A DNA stretch of 64,000 bases from Dehalococcoidia bacterium (GTDB taxonomy: Bacteria > Chloroflexota > Dehalococcoidia > Lucifugimonadales > Australimonadaceae). Shown here one piece after another: positions 35,920-45,253 of the stretch (its first letter is position 1; each line of letters starts with the position of its first letter). The notes below the pieces were generated by a model. It was not told where the DNA came from. It saw only the letters and a program-made list of their open reading frames with translations, and made no database searches. The stretch spans positions 95,252-159,251 of the forward strand of contig JAJEFD010000018.1 of the NCBI GenBank assembly GCA_022820645.1, written 5' to 3'. The position numbers were made by a program, and so were the translations under genes.

Positions 35920-37092
35920 ATGCTCACGCAGCAAGAGAACGACCTGATCACGAGAGTCGGTCCGGGCACGCCGGCGGGTGAACTGCTCCGGCGCTACTGG
36001 CACCCCATCGCCATCGCGTCCGACCTCACGGACGAGCGCCCGACGAAGGCTGTCCGTGTCCTCGGCGAAGACCTCGTCCTCTTCAAGGACAAGTCCGGGC
36101 GCATCGGCCTGCTCGCCGACCACTGCGCGCACCGCAGCGCCTCGCTGGTCTACGGGCGCGTCGAGGAGCGGGGCATCTCCTGCGCCTACCACGGCTGGCT
36201 GTACGACTGCGACGGCAACATCTTGGAGACGCCGCCGGAGAAGAACGAAGCGATCATGCGCTCCGTGAGGCAGACCGCCTACAAGGTGCAGGTGCACATC
36301 GGCCTCGTCTTCGCCTACATGGGCCCCGACCCCGCGCCCCCGATGGCGCCTTACGACACGATGTTCCGCAAGGACGGCAAGCGCATGGTGCGCATCCACC
36401 CGCCGCTCAACTGCAACTGGTTCCAAGCGATGGAGAACTCGATGGACCCGGCCCACCTCCAGGTGCTGCACCAGGAGTTCACCGGCGGCGGGCGTCAGCC
36501 TGTCAACACGACACGCGGCTTCACCGACGACGTGGAGCACTTCGAGTTCTACGTGACCGACTACGGCGGGATGATGAAGAAGCGCACCTACAAGAACGGG
36601 ATGGTGGACGAGCACCCCGTCCTCATGCCGAACATCCTGCGCCAGGGCTCCAGCACCCAGTTCCGCACGCCCATCGACGACACGCACACCTGGCACCTCC
36701 GCATGCACTTCTACCCGAACGAGGACGGCAGCGAGGACCCGGACACGTTCAACCCCGAGTTCAAGTTCGACCCGCCCATCAAGGAAGACCCGGAGAAGGA
36801 CCACCCCTTCACGCGGTTCATCCTGCGCGACGTGAACGCGCAGGACCAGATGGCGTGGGAGACGCAGGGCCCCATCACCGACCGCACCATCGAGCACCTT
36901 TCGTACTCGGACCGGGGCGTCGTGCTGCTGCGGCGTGTGATGAAGGAGCAGATCGAGCGCGTGCAGCGCGGCGAGGACCCCATCGGCGTCTTCCGCGACC
37001 CCAACCACCCGCTCATCGACACGAACGTCGACGAGGGCATCGCGCAGATCGGCGCCAACCGCTCGCCGGACGCGCAGGTGGTCGCCCGCTAA
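35920..37092 (+). CDS. Rieske [2Fe-2S] non-heme-iron oxygenase (paralogue 3)
   Basis: ATG at 35920 follows GGGAGAGG. The N-terminus MLTQQENDLITRVGPGTPAGELLRRYWHPIA is nearly colinear with paralogue 1. Rieske motif CAHRSASLVYG...ISCAYHGW and iron motif NSMDPAHLQVLH. Confidence 0.88.
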   Translation: MLTQQENDLITRVGPGTPAGELLRRYWHPIAIASDLTDERPTKAVRVLGEDLVLFKDKSGRIGLLADHCAHRSASLVYGRVEERGISCAYHGWLYDCDGNILETPPEKNEAIMRSVRQTAYKVQVHIGLVFAYMGPDPAPPMAPYDTMFRKDGKRMVRIHPPLNCNWFQAMENSMDPAHLQVLHQEFTGGGRQPVNTTRGFTDDVEHFEFYVTDYGGMMKKRTYKNGMVDEHPVLMPNILRQGSSTQFRTPIDDTHTWHLRMHFYPNEDGSEDPDTFNPEFKFDPPIKEDPEKDHPFTRFILRDVNAQDQMAWETQGPITDRTIEHLSYSDRGVVLLRRVMKEQIERVQRGEDPIGVFRDPNHPLIDTNVDEGIAQIGANRSPDAQVVAR

Positions 37093-37105
37093 GCGACGCG
37101 CTGGA

Positions 37106-38287
37106 CTAGAAAGCCGCGAGCAAGGCTCCTGCCCCAGCCGCCAGGGCCACGACCGCCCACGGCGGCACGCGCCAGAACGCCAGCAGGACGAACGCCCCCA
37201 CGGCCAGGGCGAAGTCCTCAGGCGCGCGTATCGCACTCGTCCACACCGGATCGTACAGCGCCGCGAGCAGCAGCCCGACCACCGCGGCGTTGACGCCCAT
37301 CAGCGCCCGTCGGACGCGAGCGACGCGGCGCAGCCGCTCCCAGAACGGCAGCACGCCGACCACGAGGAAGAACGACGGCAGGAAGATCGCGCCGAGCGCC
37401 AGCAGGCCGCCCAGCCATCGCGGAGCGACCTCCTCCATCGCCGCACCGAGATAGCCCGCGAACGTGAACAGCGGCCCCGGCACCGCCTGCGCCGCCCCGT
37501 AGCCTGCTATGAACTCGTCCTTCGTCACCCAGCCCGGCGGGACGACCTCCGCCTCGAGCAGAGGCAGCACGACGTGCCCTCCGCCAAACACGAGCGACCC
37601 CGCGCGGTAGAAGCTGTCGGCGACGGCGAGCGCGCCCACGTCCACCATCCGCGCCGCAACCGGCAACGCGATGAGGAGCGCGAAGAATGCCAGCAGCACA
37701 ACCACGGCGAGCCACGGTGTCCCGCGCCGCGTATCCGTCTGCGTGGGTGAGGAAGCGTCGGCGCGCAGCAGCGCCAGCCCCAGCAGACCTCCACCCACGA
37801 TGACCGCCAGTTGCGCCGCGATGCCCGGCGCGGCCAGCAGTGCGATGGCCGCGACTGCCGCTATCGTGATGCGCGGCTTGTCCGGCGCAAGCGTCCGGGC
37901 CATGCCCCACAGCGCCAGCGCGACAACGGCTACGGCCACGATCTTCAGCCCGTGCAGCCAGCCCGCGTCGGCCTGATCGCCGAACGACTGCACGCCGTAG
38001 GCGAACAGGATGAGCGCGGCGGCAGACGGCAGCGTGAAGGCGAGCCACGCCGCGAAGCCCCCGAGCAGTCCCGCACGGCGGATACCGATGGCTATCCCCA
38101 ACTGGCTGCTCGCGGGTCCGGGCATGAACTGGCAGAGCGCGACGAGCCCGGCGAACGTCTCCTCGTCCAGCCAGCGCTTGCGGACGACGTACGCCTCGCG
38201 GAAGTAGCCGATGTGCGCGACCGGGCCGCCGAACGAGGTGAGGCCGAGCCACCCGGCGGTGAGCAGCACCTCCCAGACGCGGCGCAT
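37106..38287 (-). CDS. chrA: chromate ion transporter (CHR family)
   Basis: 393 aa. Duplicated CHR domain with TSFGGPVAHIGYF and VFGGGHVVLP motifs. Confidence 0.85.
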   Translation of the reverse strand: MRRVWEVLLTAGWLGLTSFGGPVAHIGYFREAYVVRKRWLDEETFAGLVALCQFMPGPASSQLGIAIGIRRAGLLGGFAAWLAFTLPSAAALILFAYGVQSFGDQADAGWLHGLKIVAVAVVALALWGMARTLAPDKPRITIAAVAAIALLAAPGIAAQLAVIVGGGLLGLALLRADASSPTQTDTRRGTPWLAVVVLLAFFALLIALPVAARMVDVGALAVADSFYRAGSLVFGGGHVVLPLLEAEVVPPGWVTKDEFIAGYGAAQAVPGPLFTFAGYLGAAMEEVAPRWLGGLLALGAIFLPSFFLVVGVLPFWERLRRVARVRRALMGVNAAVVGLLLAALYDPVWTSAIRAPEDFALAVGAFVLLAFWRVPPWAVVALAAGAGALLAAF

Positions 38288-38296
38288 CCGTCGGCC

Positions 38297-39982
38297 CTAC
38301 ATCGTCTCGGGGGTGCTCATCCCCATCAGCGTCAGCGTGCGGGCGAACGCGACACGCGCGGCCTCGGTCAGCTTGAGACGCGCCTTCATCAGCGGCGCAT
38401 CCGCCGGGTCGGACGAGAGCACGCGGCAGTGGTCGTAGAACCAGTGGAACGCGGTCGCGAGGTCGACGGCGTAGTGCGGCAGCGAGTGCGGCGCGAGCGT
38501 GACCGCGATCGAGTCGACGATCTCTGGCAGTTGCAGCATCCTGCGCACGAGCGCCAGTTCGGCGGGATCGGTCAGCAGGGCGGTGTCGCCGTCGTCCCAC
38601 TCCACGCCGCGCTCGGCGGCCTGCCGCACGATGCCAGCGATGCGCGCGTGCGCGTACTGCACGTAGTAGACGGGGTTCTCGCTCGACTCCTTCCTGGCGA
38701 GTTCGAGGTCGAACTCCATCTGGCTCTCGGCGGCGCGAGCGAGGAAGAAGTAGCGGCAGGCGTCGGCGCCCACCTCGTCCACGAGGTCGCCGAGCGTGAC
38801 GATATTGCCGGAGCGCTTGGACGCGCGCACGATGTCACCGCCGTGCTTCAGCGTCACGAGCTGGCCGATGAGGATGGTGAGCCGGTCTGGGTCGAGATCG
38901 AGCGCCTGCATGACTGCTTTCATGCGCGGCACGTGTCCCTGGTGGTCCGCACCCCAGATGTCGATCACGCGATCGAAGCCGCGCCGCCCGAACTTGTCGC
39001 GGTGGTAGGCGATGTCGGACGCGAAGTAGGTGGGCGCGCCGGTGCTGCGCACGATGACGTTGTCCTTCTCGTCGCCGAGCGCGGTGGAGGTGAACCACTC
39101 CGCCCCATCGCGCACGGCGGTGTAGCCGCGCTCGCGGAGGAGCGCCATCGTCTCCTCGTACTGCCCGTTGGCGTAGAGGTCGCGCTCGCGGAACCAGACG
39201 TCGAACCCGACGCCGATGCGGTCGAGGTCGGCGCGTATCACCTCGAGCATGCGGTTGAGGGCTTCCTCGCCAAGCTCGGCAACAGCCGCGGCCTCGTTCA
39301 TCTCCAGATAGCGCGGGCCGTGGCGTCCGGCGAGCTCCTCACCGAGTTCGACGAGGTACGCGCCCCGGTAGCCGTCCTCCGGCAGCGGTACGTCGGTCCT
39401 GCCGAGCGCCTCCGCGTACCGGGCGAACACGGAGCGGTAGAAGAGCTCCATCTGGTTGCCCGCGTCGTTCACGTAGTACTCGCGCGTGACGTCGAACCCG
39501 GCGGCGGTGAGCGCGCTGGCGAGTCCGCTGCCGAGCACCGCGCCGCGCGCGTGACCGACGTGCACGGGCCCCGTCGGGTTGACGCTGACGAACTCGATCT
39601 GCACGCGCCTGCCTGCGCCCGCATCCACGTTGCCGAACGTGTCGCCCGCGGCGCGGATGGCCTCCACTTGTGCGCGGAGCCAGTCGTCGCTCAGGCGAAA
39701 GTTCACGAACCCCGGCAGGGCGGCTGAAACCTCACCGAGCGGTCCGCCGTCTCCTCCCTGCGCGAGCGCATCGGCCAGCACCTGCGCTATCTCCAGCGGC
39801 GGGCGCTTCGCGGCCTTCGCCACGCGCAGGGGCAGGCCGGAAGCGAAGTCGCCGTGGTCGGCCTTCTGCGGACGCTCCACGAGCCCGGACTGCGGCAGGT
39901 CGAACGGGGGAAGCACGCCGGTGCGTTGCGCCTCACCAACGGCGTCGCGCAGGCGTGCGGCGATGAGGTCTCGGACGAGCAT
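38297..39982 (-). CDS. argS: arginine--tRNA ligase
   Basis: 561 aa. HIGH-type motif SVNPTGPVHVGHARG and a C-terminal anticodon-binding domain ending in M. Confidence 0.93.
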   Translation of the reverse strand: MLVRDLIAARLRDAVGEAQRTGVLPPFDLPQSGLVERPQKADHGDFASGLPLRVAKAAKRPPLEIAQVLADALAQGGDGGPLGEVSAALPGFVNFRLSDDWLRAQVEAIRAAGDTFGNVDAGAGRRVQIEFVSVNPTGPVHVGHARGAVLGSGLASALTAAGFDVTREYYVNDAGNQMELFYRSVFARYAEALGRTDVPLPEDGYRGAYLVELGEELAGRHGPRYLEMNEAAAVAELGEEALNRMLEVIRADLDRIGVGFDVWFRERDLYANGQYEETMALLRERGYTAVRDGAEWFTSTALGDEKDNVIVRSTGAPTYFASDIAYHRDKFGRRGFDRVIDIWGADHQGHVPRMKAVMQALDLDPDRLTILIGQLVTLKHGGDIVRASKRSGNIVTLGDLVDEVGADACRYFFLARAAESQMEFDLELARKESSENPVYYVQYAHARIAGIVRQAAERGVEWDDGDTALLTDPAELALVRRMLQLPEIVDSIAVTLAPHSLPHYAVDLATAFHWFYDHCRVLSSDPADAPLMKARLKLTEAARVAFARTLTLMGMSTPETM

Positions 39983-40093
39983 AGGACGTTCATGATACCA
40001 GCGCCCGGCGGGAAACTGCCTATCCGCGACGTTGTCGCGCGCGACAGGGATGCGCTACGCTCGCGGCCAACCGGAGAGCGGAGGTTGAGTACC

Positions 40094-41482
40094 GTGACCG
40101 TCCTGCGCATCCTGTCTTATCGCCGCCCCCCTCTGATCCTTGCCGTATCCGGCGTTCTCGCGCTGGCGCTCTTCGTGGCCCAGCCCGCCGTCGCGCGCGC
40201 CGCGGACGTCGCCTCGGAGACGGCGTTCGTCCTCAACACGTTCGCATTCCTCGTCTGGGGCGCCCTCGTGATGTGGATGGCCGCCGGGTTCACGATGCTG
40301 GAGGCCGGTTCGGTCCGCACCAAGAACGCTTCCATGATCTGCATGAAGAACATCGGCCTCTACTCCATCGCGGGGTTGGCCTACTTCTTCGTCGGCTACA
40401 ACCTGATGTACGTCGATATCGTGGGAGGGTTCATCGGCTCGTTCAACCTGTTCTACGGGCCGTCGGCCGAAGAAGTGGCGTTGCTCGCCGGAGACGGCGA
40501 TGCGGCCGCGGTCGTCGAGGAGAGCAGCTACTCCGTGATGTCGGACTGGTTCTTCCAGATGGTGTTCGTGGCGACCGCCGCCTCTATCGTGTCCGGCGCG
40601 CTGGCGGAGCGGGTGAAGATGTGGTCGTTCTTCATCTTCACACTCCTGCTGACAGGGTTCATCTACCCCATCGTTGGAGCGTGGACGTGGGGCGGCGGGT
40701 GGCTGGCCGAGATGGGCTTCCAGGACTTCGCGGGCTCGACCATCGTGCACAGCACCGGCGGCTGGGCTGCGCTGGCGGGCATCCTCGTCGTGGGGCCGAG
40801 GCTCGGCAAGTTCGGGCGCGACGGCAAGGCGAGGCCGACGCCGCCCTCCAACACGATCGCGGTGACGCTGGGCGTGTTCATTCTATGGCTCGGCTGGTTC
40901 GGTTTCAACGGCGGTTCGCAACTCGCGCTGGCGAGCGCCGTGGACGCGGTGGCGATGAGCATCGTAATCGTGAACACGAACCTCGCTGCCGCCGCTGGCG
41001 TCATCACGGCCATACTGGTCTCGCGCTGGATACTCGGACGCATCGACCTCTTTGCCGCGCTGAACGGCGCCATCGCCGGGCTCGTCTCCATCACCGCCGG
41101 ACCCGATATCGTCGACCACTACTGGGCGATCATCATCGGGGCGATCGGCGGACTGATCGTCGTCGCCGGGCTCAAGCTGCTCGAGACGGTCAAACTGGAC
41201 GACGTCGTCGGCGCGGTGCCCGCGCACCTGTTCGCTGGGATCTGGGGGACGCTTGCCGCCTCCATCGCAGCAGGGGCGCAGTTCCACGTGCAACTCATCG
41301 GTGTGCTGGCGGTTGGCGCGTTCGTCTTTCCCGTCTCCTGGCTGCTCTGGCAGGGGTTCAAGGCGACGCTGGGCGCTCGCGTGCCGTACAACATCGAACG
41401 CCTCGGGCAGGACATCGGCGAGCTGGGCATCGAGGCGTACCCGGAGTTCGTGCTGATGCCGGAGCCGCACGACGAGGACTGA
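40094..41482 (+). CDS. amt: ammonium transporter
   Basis: GTG at 40094 follows GGAGG within ORF 39854..41482. Signal peptide, then Amt motifs AGFTMLEAGSVRTKN, DFAGSTIVH, VPAHLFAGIWG. Confidence 0.88.
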   Translation: MTVLRILSYRRPPLILAVSGVLALALFVAQPAVARAADVASETAFVLNTFAFLVWGALVMWMAAGFTMLEAGSVRTKNASMICMKNIGLYSIAGLAYFFVGYNLMYVDIVGGFIGSFNLFYGPSAEEVALLAGDGDAAAVVEESSYSVMSDWFFQMVFVATAASIVSGALAERVKMWSFFIFTLLLTGFIYPIVGAWTWGGGWLAEMGFQDFAGSTIVHSTGGWAALAGILVVGPRLGKFGRDGKARPTPPSNTIAVTLGVFILWLGWFGFNGGSQLALASAVDAVAMSIVIVNTNLAAAAGVITAILVSRWILGRIDLFAALNGAIAGLVSITAGPDIVDHYWAIIIGAIGGLIVVAGLKLLETVKLDDVVGAVPAHLFAGIWGTLAASIAAGAQFHVQLIGVLAVGAFVFPVSWLLWQGFKATLGARVPYNIERLGQDIGELGIEAYPEFVLMPEPHDED

Positions 41483-41549
41483 CGGCACAACGCGAGCGCG
41501 CGGGGGCTTATACTACCGGGCAGCAACCTTGATCCCGGAGGCACGAACC

Positions 41550-42413
41550 ATGCTGGTAGACCTGGTGCACACCAAGACGAGCGACGACGTTACCCTGAGC
41601 GGCATCATGCTGGAGCCGGAGCAGTCCCGTACCGACCTGCTCGTGGACGCGATGGTGATGGTGCACGGCTCCGCCGGCAACTTCTACCTCTCGCCCTCCA
41701 ACCCGCGCGCCGCGAAACTGCGCGACATGGGCATCCCCACCGCGCTCTTCAACACGCGAGGCCACGACGTGGTGGGTGGTCGCGCCGGGAAGGTGCGCAC
41801 CGGCAACGTCTATGAGCTACTCTCCGAGACCCACCTCGACCTCAAGGCGATGGTCGCGTTCATGGTGGAGCGCGGCTACGAGCGCGTGGGCATCTGGGGG
41901 AGCAGCCTCGGCGCGGTGCGCGTCGTGCTGGCGCAGGCGAAGAACCAGGACCCGCACGTCGCGGCGGTCATATCGCTCGCGCCGCTGCGCTTCTCACACG
42001 AGTACTACTCGGCCTGCGAGATGGGCGAGGAACACTTGCGGAACTACGAGAACGCGAAGGCGCTCGTTGCAGCCGGTCACGGCCACGAGATCATGTTCGT
42101 GGACTTCCCCAACCCAGGCGCGTACTTCTCAGCCGACGTCTACCTGGACCGCCACTGCTCCGAGCACTACGACATCACGAAGGCGCACACGAACGAGATC
42201 GAATGCCCGCTGCTCATCCTCACCGGCACCGAGGAGACGCACCCCCGGATGCGCGACGCGGGCCGCGACATGGCCGCGCTCTGCGAGGGAAAGAACAACG
42301 TGACGTGGGTTCACCTAGAGGGCGGCGACCACGGCTGGCACAACAAGGAGGACGACCTCTTCCGCGTCGTGCCGGAGTGGCTGGGGGTGAAGGCCGCAGC
42401 AGGCGTCAGCTAG
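41550..42413 (+). CDS. alpha/beta-fold hydrolase
   Basis: ATG at 41550 follows GGAGG. 287 aa. Nucleophile elbow GIWGSSLG and a late DH pair (GGDHGW). Confidence 0.7.
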   Translation: MLVDLVHTKTSDDVTLSGIMLEPEQSRTDLLVDAMVMVHGSAGNFYLSPSNPRAAKLRDMGIPTALFNTRGHDVVGGRAGKVRTGNVYELLSETHLDLKAMVAFMVERGYERVGIWGSSLGAVRVVLAQAKNQDPHVAAVISLAPLRFSHEYYSACEMGEEHLRNYENAKALVAAGHGHEIMFVDFPNPGAYFSADVYLDRHCSEHYDITKAHTNEIECPLLILTGTEETHPRMRDAGRDMAALCEGKNNVTWVHLEGGDHGWHNKEDDLFRVVPEWLGVKAAAGVS

Positions 42414-42425
42414 GCCCGCTTACCC

Positions 42426-42710
42426 TCAACCCCGTGAGGTCAGGAACGTCACGGCTCCCTGCTTCGTTCGCGCGTCTGCCCGGGAGTTGGCGATGATGGT
42501 CAGCGCGTCCCGGCCGCGTCCTGCATTGATGATGCGCCGCGCGCCGCTCGTCCGGCTCCGGCAAGCCTTGGCCGAGTAGCGTTCCGCCTCTTGCATCTGC
42601 GCCGCGACGTCTTCATTCGAGAGCGACGGGTCGCAGAACTGCCTGAACCAGGCGATGAAGCACCTCATCCCCACCGAGTTCAAGGTACGCACCAGTTGTT
42701 GCTCGTTCAT
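42426..42710 (-). CDS. hypothetical protein
   Basis: 94 aa. ATG is preceded by AAGGAG. Codon bias looks coding. I recognise no family. Confidence 0.5.
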   Translation of the reverse strand: MNEQQLVRTLNSVGMRCFIAWFRQFCDPSLSNEDVAAQMQEAERYSAKACRSRTSGARRIINAGRGRDALTIIANSRADARTKQGAVTFLTSRG

Positions 42711-42765
42711 CGCTCCTTGGCCTCCACCCTGCGCAAGCCGCGCCGATGCTCTATCCTACACGCCG

Positions 42766-43245
42766 ATGACTGCCGACCCCACCCTCTACCGCCAGGCATG
42801 GCGCAGGTTCCCCACCGGCGTGAGCGTCGTCACCACGCGCTCGCCGGACGGCGCGCCCTACGCCACCACGGCGAACGCGCTCCTCTCCGTGTCGCTCGAC
42901 CCGCCGCTGCTGCTGCTGAGCGTCGCGACAGGCGGAAACACGTGCGACTACCTCCGGCGCGAGGGATGCTTCGGGGTGAACTTCCTCCGCGGCGATCAGG
43001 CCGAGATAGCGGACTTCTACGGTCGCGCCGCGCCCGAGGAGCGCCGGACGCTGCCCGAGGCGCACACGATGCACGAGAGCGGCGTCGCGCTGCTGGACAA
43101 CGCGCTCGTGGGCATGGTCTGCCATATCGAGCAGCAGGTGGAGGCGGGCGACCATACGCTGTTCGTGGCAGCGGTCGAGCACGTCGAGGTCCGGGAGGGC
43201 GGCGCGCTCCTCTTCCACGAGGGGCAGTACGGCAACACGGGGTGA
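42766..43245 (+). CDS. flavin reductase family protein
   Basis: ATG at 42766 within ORF 42655..43245. 159 aa. FPTGVSVVTT and the flavin_reduct pattern. Confidence 0.82.
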   Translation: MTADPTLYRQAWRRFPTGVSVVTTRSPDGAPYATTANALLSVSLDPPLLLLSVATGGNTCDYLRREGCFGVNFLRGDQAEIADFYGRAAPEERRTLPEAHTMHESGVALLDNALVGMVCHIEQQVEAGDHTLFVAAVEHVEVREGGALLFHEGQYGNTG

Positions 43246-43326
43246 GAGTCCCGACCCGGTTCCCCGCTTGACAGCAGGACCGTCAGGATGATTAGCTAAG
43301 CTTAGTCCGACCAAGGAGCGTTCGGC

Positions 43327-43593
43327 ATGCAGGTCAACATGCACGAAGCCAAATCCCAACTCTCGCGCCTCGGCGAACTCGCCTGCCAGGGCGAACGCGT
43401 CGTCATCGCCAAGGCCGGCAAGCCGTACCTGGAACTGCTCCCCTACAAGGAGAAGGAGCGCGAGCCACGCAAACTGGGCATCTTGAAAGAGCAGGGCTGG
43501 CCTGAGCCGAACTGGAACCTACTCGAGTGGACAAACGAGGAGATCGAAGATCTGTTCTACAGCGACGACCCTGACGATCCGCTTTTCCAATGA
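43327..43593 (+). CDS. Phd/YefM-type antitoxin
   Basis: 88 aa. MQVNMHEAKSQLSRL...VVIAKAGKP is typical of the family. ATGA overlap with the downstream PIN gene. Confidence 0.8.
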   Translation: MQVNMHEAKSQLSRLGELACQGERVVIAKAGKPYLELLPYKEKEREPRKLGILKEQGWPEPNWNLLEWTNEEIEDLFYSDDPDDPLFQ

Positions 43594-43973
43594 GACTGCT
43601 GCTCGATTCGCACGTCCTGCTCTGGTTCCTGTGGCAGAGCCCACTGCTTGGAACGCGTGCCGCTGTTGCTATCGCTGACCCTGGCAACGAGGTCTTCGTA
43701 AGCGCTGCAAGCATCTGGGAACTCGCGCTGAAGCGGGCCAAGGCTCTGCTGGATGCCCCGGAAAACCTGTCCAGTGTGGTGGAACAAGCCGGCTTCATGC
43801 CTCTTCCGTTGACGCTATTCCACGCGGAGCAGGCGGCGATGCTGCCGATGCACCACCGCGACCCGTTCGACCGGATGCTGATCGCGCAGGCGCAAGCGGA
43901 GGGGCTGGTCCTCGTCACGAGGGACGCATACATCCGGCGCTACGGCATACGCACGATGGCGCCGGACCAGTAG
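43590..43973 (+). CDS. vapC: PIN-domain toxin (VapC family)
   Basis: 127 aa. LLDSHVLLW, SAASIWE and HRDPFDRMLIAQA acidic PIN residues. Confidence 0.85.
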   Translation: MRLLLDSHVLLWFLWQSPLLGTRAAVAIADPGNEVFVSAASIWELALKRAKALLDAPENLSSVVEQAGFMPLPLTLFHAEQAAMLPMHHRDPFDRMLIAQAQAEGLVLVTRDAYIRRYGIRTMAPDQ

Positions 43974-43980
43974 CGCCGCG

Positions 43981-44985
43981 CTACATCTCCCAGTAGGCGA
44001 AGCCCATGCCGCACGGGGACGCGAAGACCGGCACGTAGTCGATCACGACGCCCGGTTTGCCATCCGCGACGCCCGCCGCGGCGACCCAGTTGCGCGACTC
44101 GCCCGTACCGCTCCCGATGCCCGTGTACATGCCGGTGCCCCCATCGACCCAGCGGGCCGTCTTCGGGCCGTAGTCCGCGGGTGGCGTCGCGCCTTCCCTG
44201 TCGAACTCGTCCGCCATCCCCTTGCCGTCACCCTTCGGGATGTAGGAGAGAAGGCGCTCGTCGAACTCCGTGTTGAGCCACGAGGTGGGGCTGCCCGGCG
44301 TGTGCCACAGCCCGCCGGAACCGAGGACGGCCACGCGCAGGTCCAGCGGCGACGCCTCGATGACCTCGCGCACCGCCCTGCCGAGCCGGTAGCAGCGGTT
44401 GGCCGACGGCTGCGGGCCGAAGTAGCAGTTCACGAAGAACGGGATCATCGGGACGTCGAAATCGGGGATGATGCGGGTGAAGGGGCGCATGAACGCATGG
44501 CCCATGCCATGCTCCTTGTTCGGCACCTTGAAGCTGAACGAGATGTCGAAGTCGCGGTGCGTGAGCCCGACCGCCAGCTCCTGCGCGAGTTGCGGGTTGC
44601 TCTGCACCGTCACCCACGTCTCGGGCGTCTTCTCGCGCCAGCCCCGCTGCTCGCCGGGGATGAAGCCCGTCCGGGCGCTCGTGCGGTAGCCCTCGAACTC
44701 GTCGCCGACGAAGATGCCGAAGGCAGGGAAGTTGTCCAGCCCGAAGAGCTCCTGCTGGTCGTCGCCGAAGACGAGGACCACGTCAGGCTTCGCCTCTTCC
44801 ATCTTCTGCCGCAACACCTCGAACGCGTCCATGCAGCGCCTGTACTGCGCGGCGTTGTCCTCCTCGGACATGACCGGGTTATCGGGCAGCGGCGGACGGG
44901 CGGCCCGCACCTGGTTCCACTGGTGCGGCTCCATGAAGAGGAAGGGGGAGTGCGAGCAGGCCTCGACGAGTACGATCTCTGCCAT
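43981..44985 (-). CDS. LigB-family extradiol dioxygenase-like protein (paralogue 2)
   Basis: 334 aa. ATG follows AAGGAGG. Colinear with 15993..16979 (for example DVVLVFGDDQQELF versus DVLVIFSDDQLECF, and GSGGLWHTPG). Confidence 0.8.
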   Translation of the reverse strand: MAEIVLVEACSHSPFLFMEPHQWNQVRAARPPLPDNPVMSEEDNAAQYRRCMDAFEVLRQKMEEAKPDVVLVFGDDQQELFGLDNFPAFGIFVGDEFEGYRTSARTGFIPGEQRGWREKTPETWVTVQSNPQLAQELAVGLTHRDFDISFSFKVPNKEHGMGHAFMRPFTRIIPDFDVPMIPFFVNCYFGPQPSANRCYRLGRAVREVIEASPLDLRVAVLGSGGLWHTPGSPTSWLNTEFDERLLSYIPKGDGKGMADEFDREGATPPADYGPKTARWVDGGTGMYTGIGSGTGESRNWVAAAGVADGKPGVVIDYVPVFASPCGMGFAYWEM

Positions 44986-45061
44986 TGGTGGCCTCCTTGA
45001 CGCCGTCCCTGTGGGAGACGACGGGCGCGATGCGGCTACTTTACTCCAAAAACGGCACGCT

Positions 45062-45151
45062 TGGCGGAGGGAGTGGGATTCGAACCCACGGTACCGTCGC
45101 CGGCACAGCGGTTTTCAAGACCGCCGCAATCGTCCACTCTGCCATCCCTCC
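45062..45151 (-). tRNA. tRNA-Ser (TGA)
   Basis: Acceptor GGAGGGA/TCCCTCC, anticodon stem GCGGT/ACCGC with loop CTTGAAA, long variable arm, T loop TTCGAAT, encoded CCA. 90 nt. Confidence 0.9.
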
Positions 45152-45253
45152 GTACAGGACAATGGTAGCACTGTCGTGCTCCGCCACGCCCTGAGCGTCG
45201 TCCGCCGGGCGCAGCCTGCTAAACTCCCGCGAGACTCCTCCCGAGGTTGTACA

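Noticed and set aside
40094-41482. amt lacking the usual downstream glnK/PII gene.
   Set aside because: Absence of a neighbour is weak evidence, and PII may be encoded elsewhere. Not worth a finding.
44714-45253. The N-terminal 180 codons of the 877-aa track ORF.
   Set aside because: This part overlaps the LigB-type gene in antisense and crosses tRNA-Ser. The real Fe-S protein must begin after 45151.
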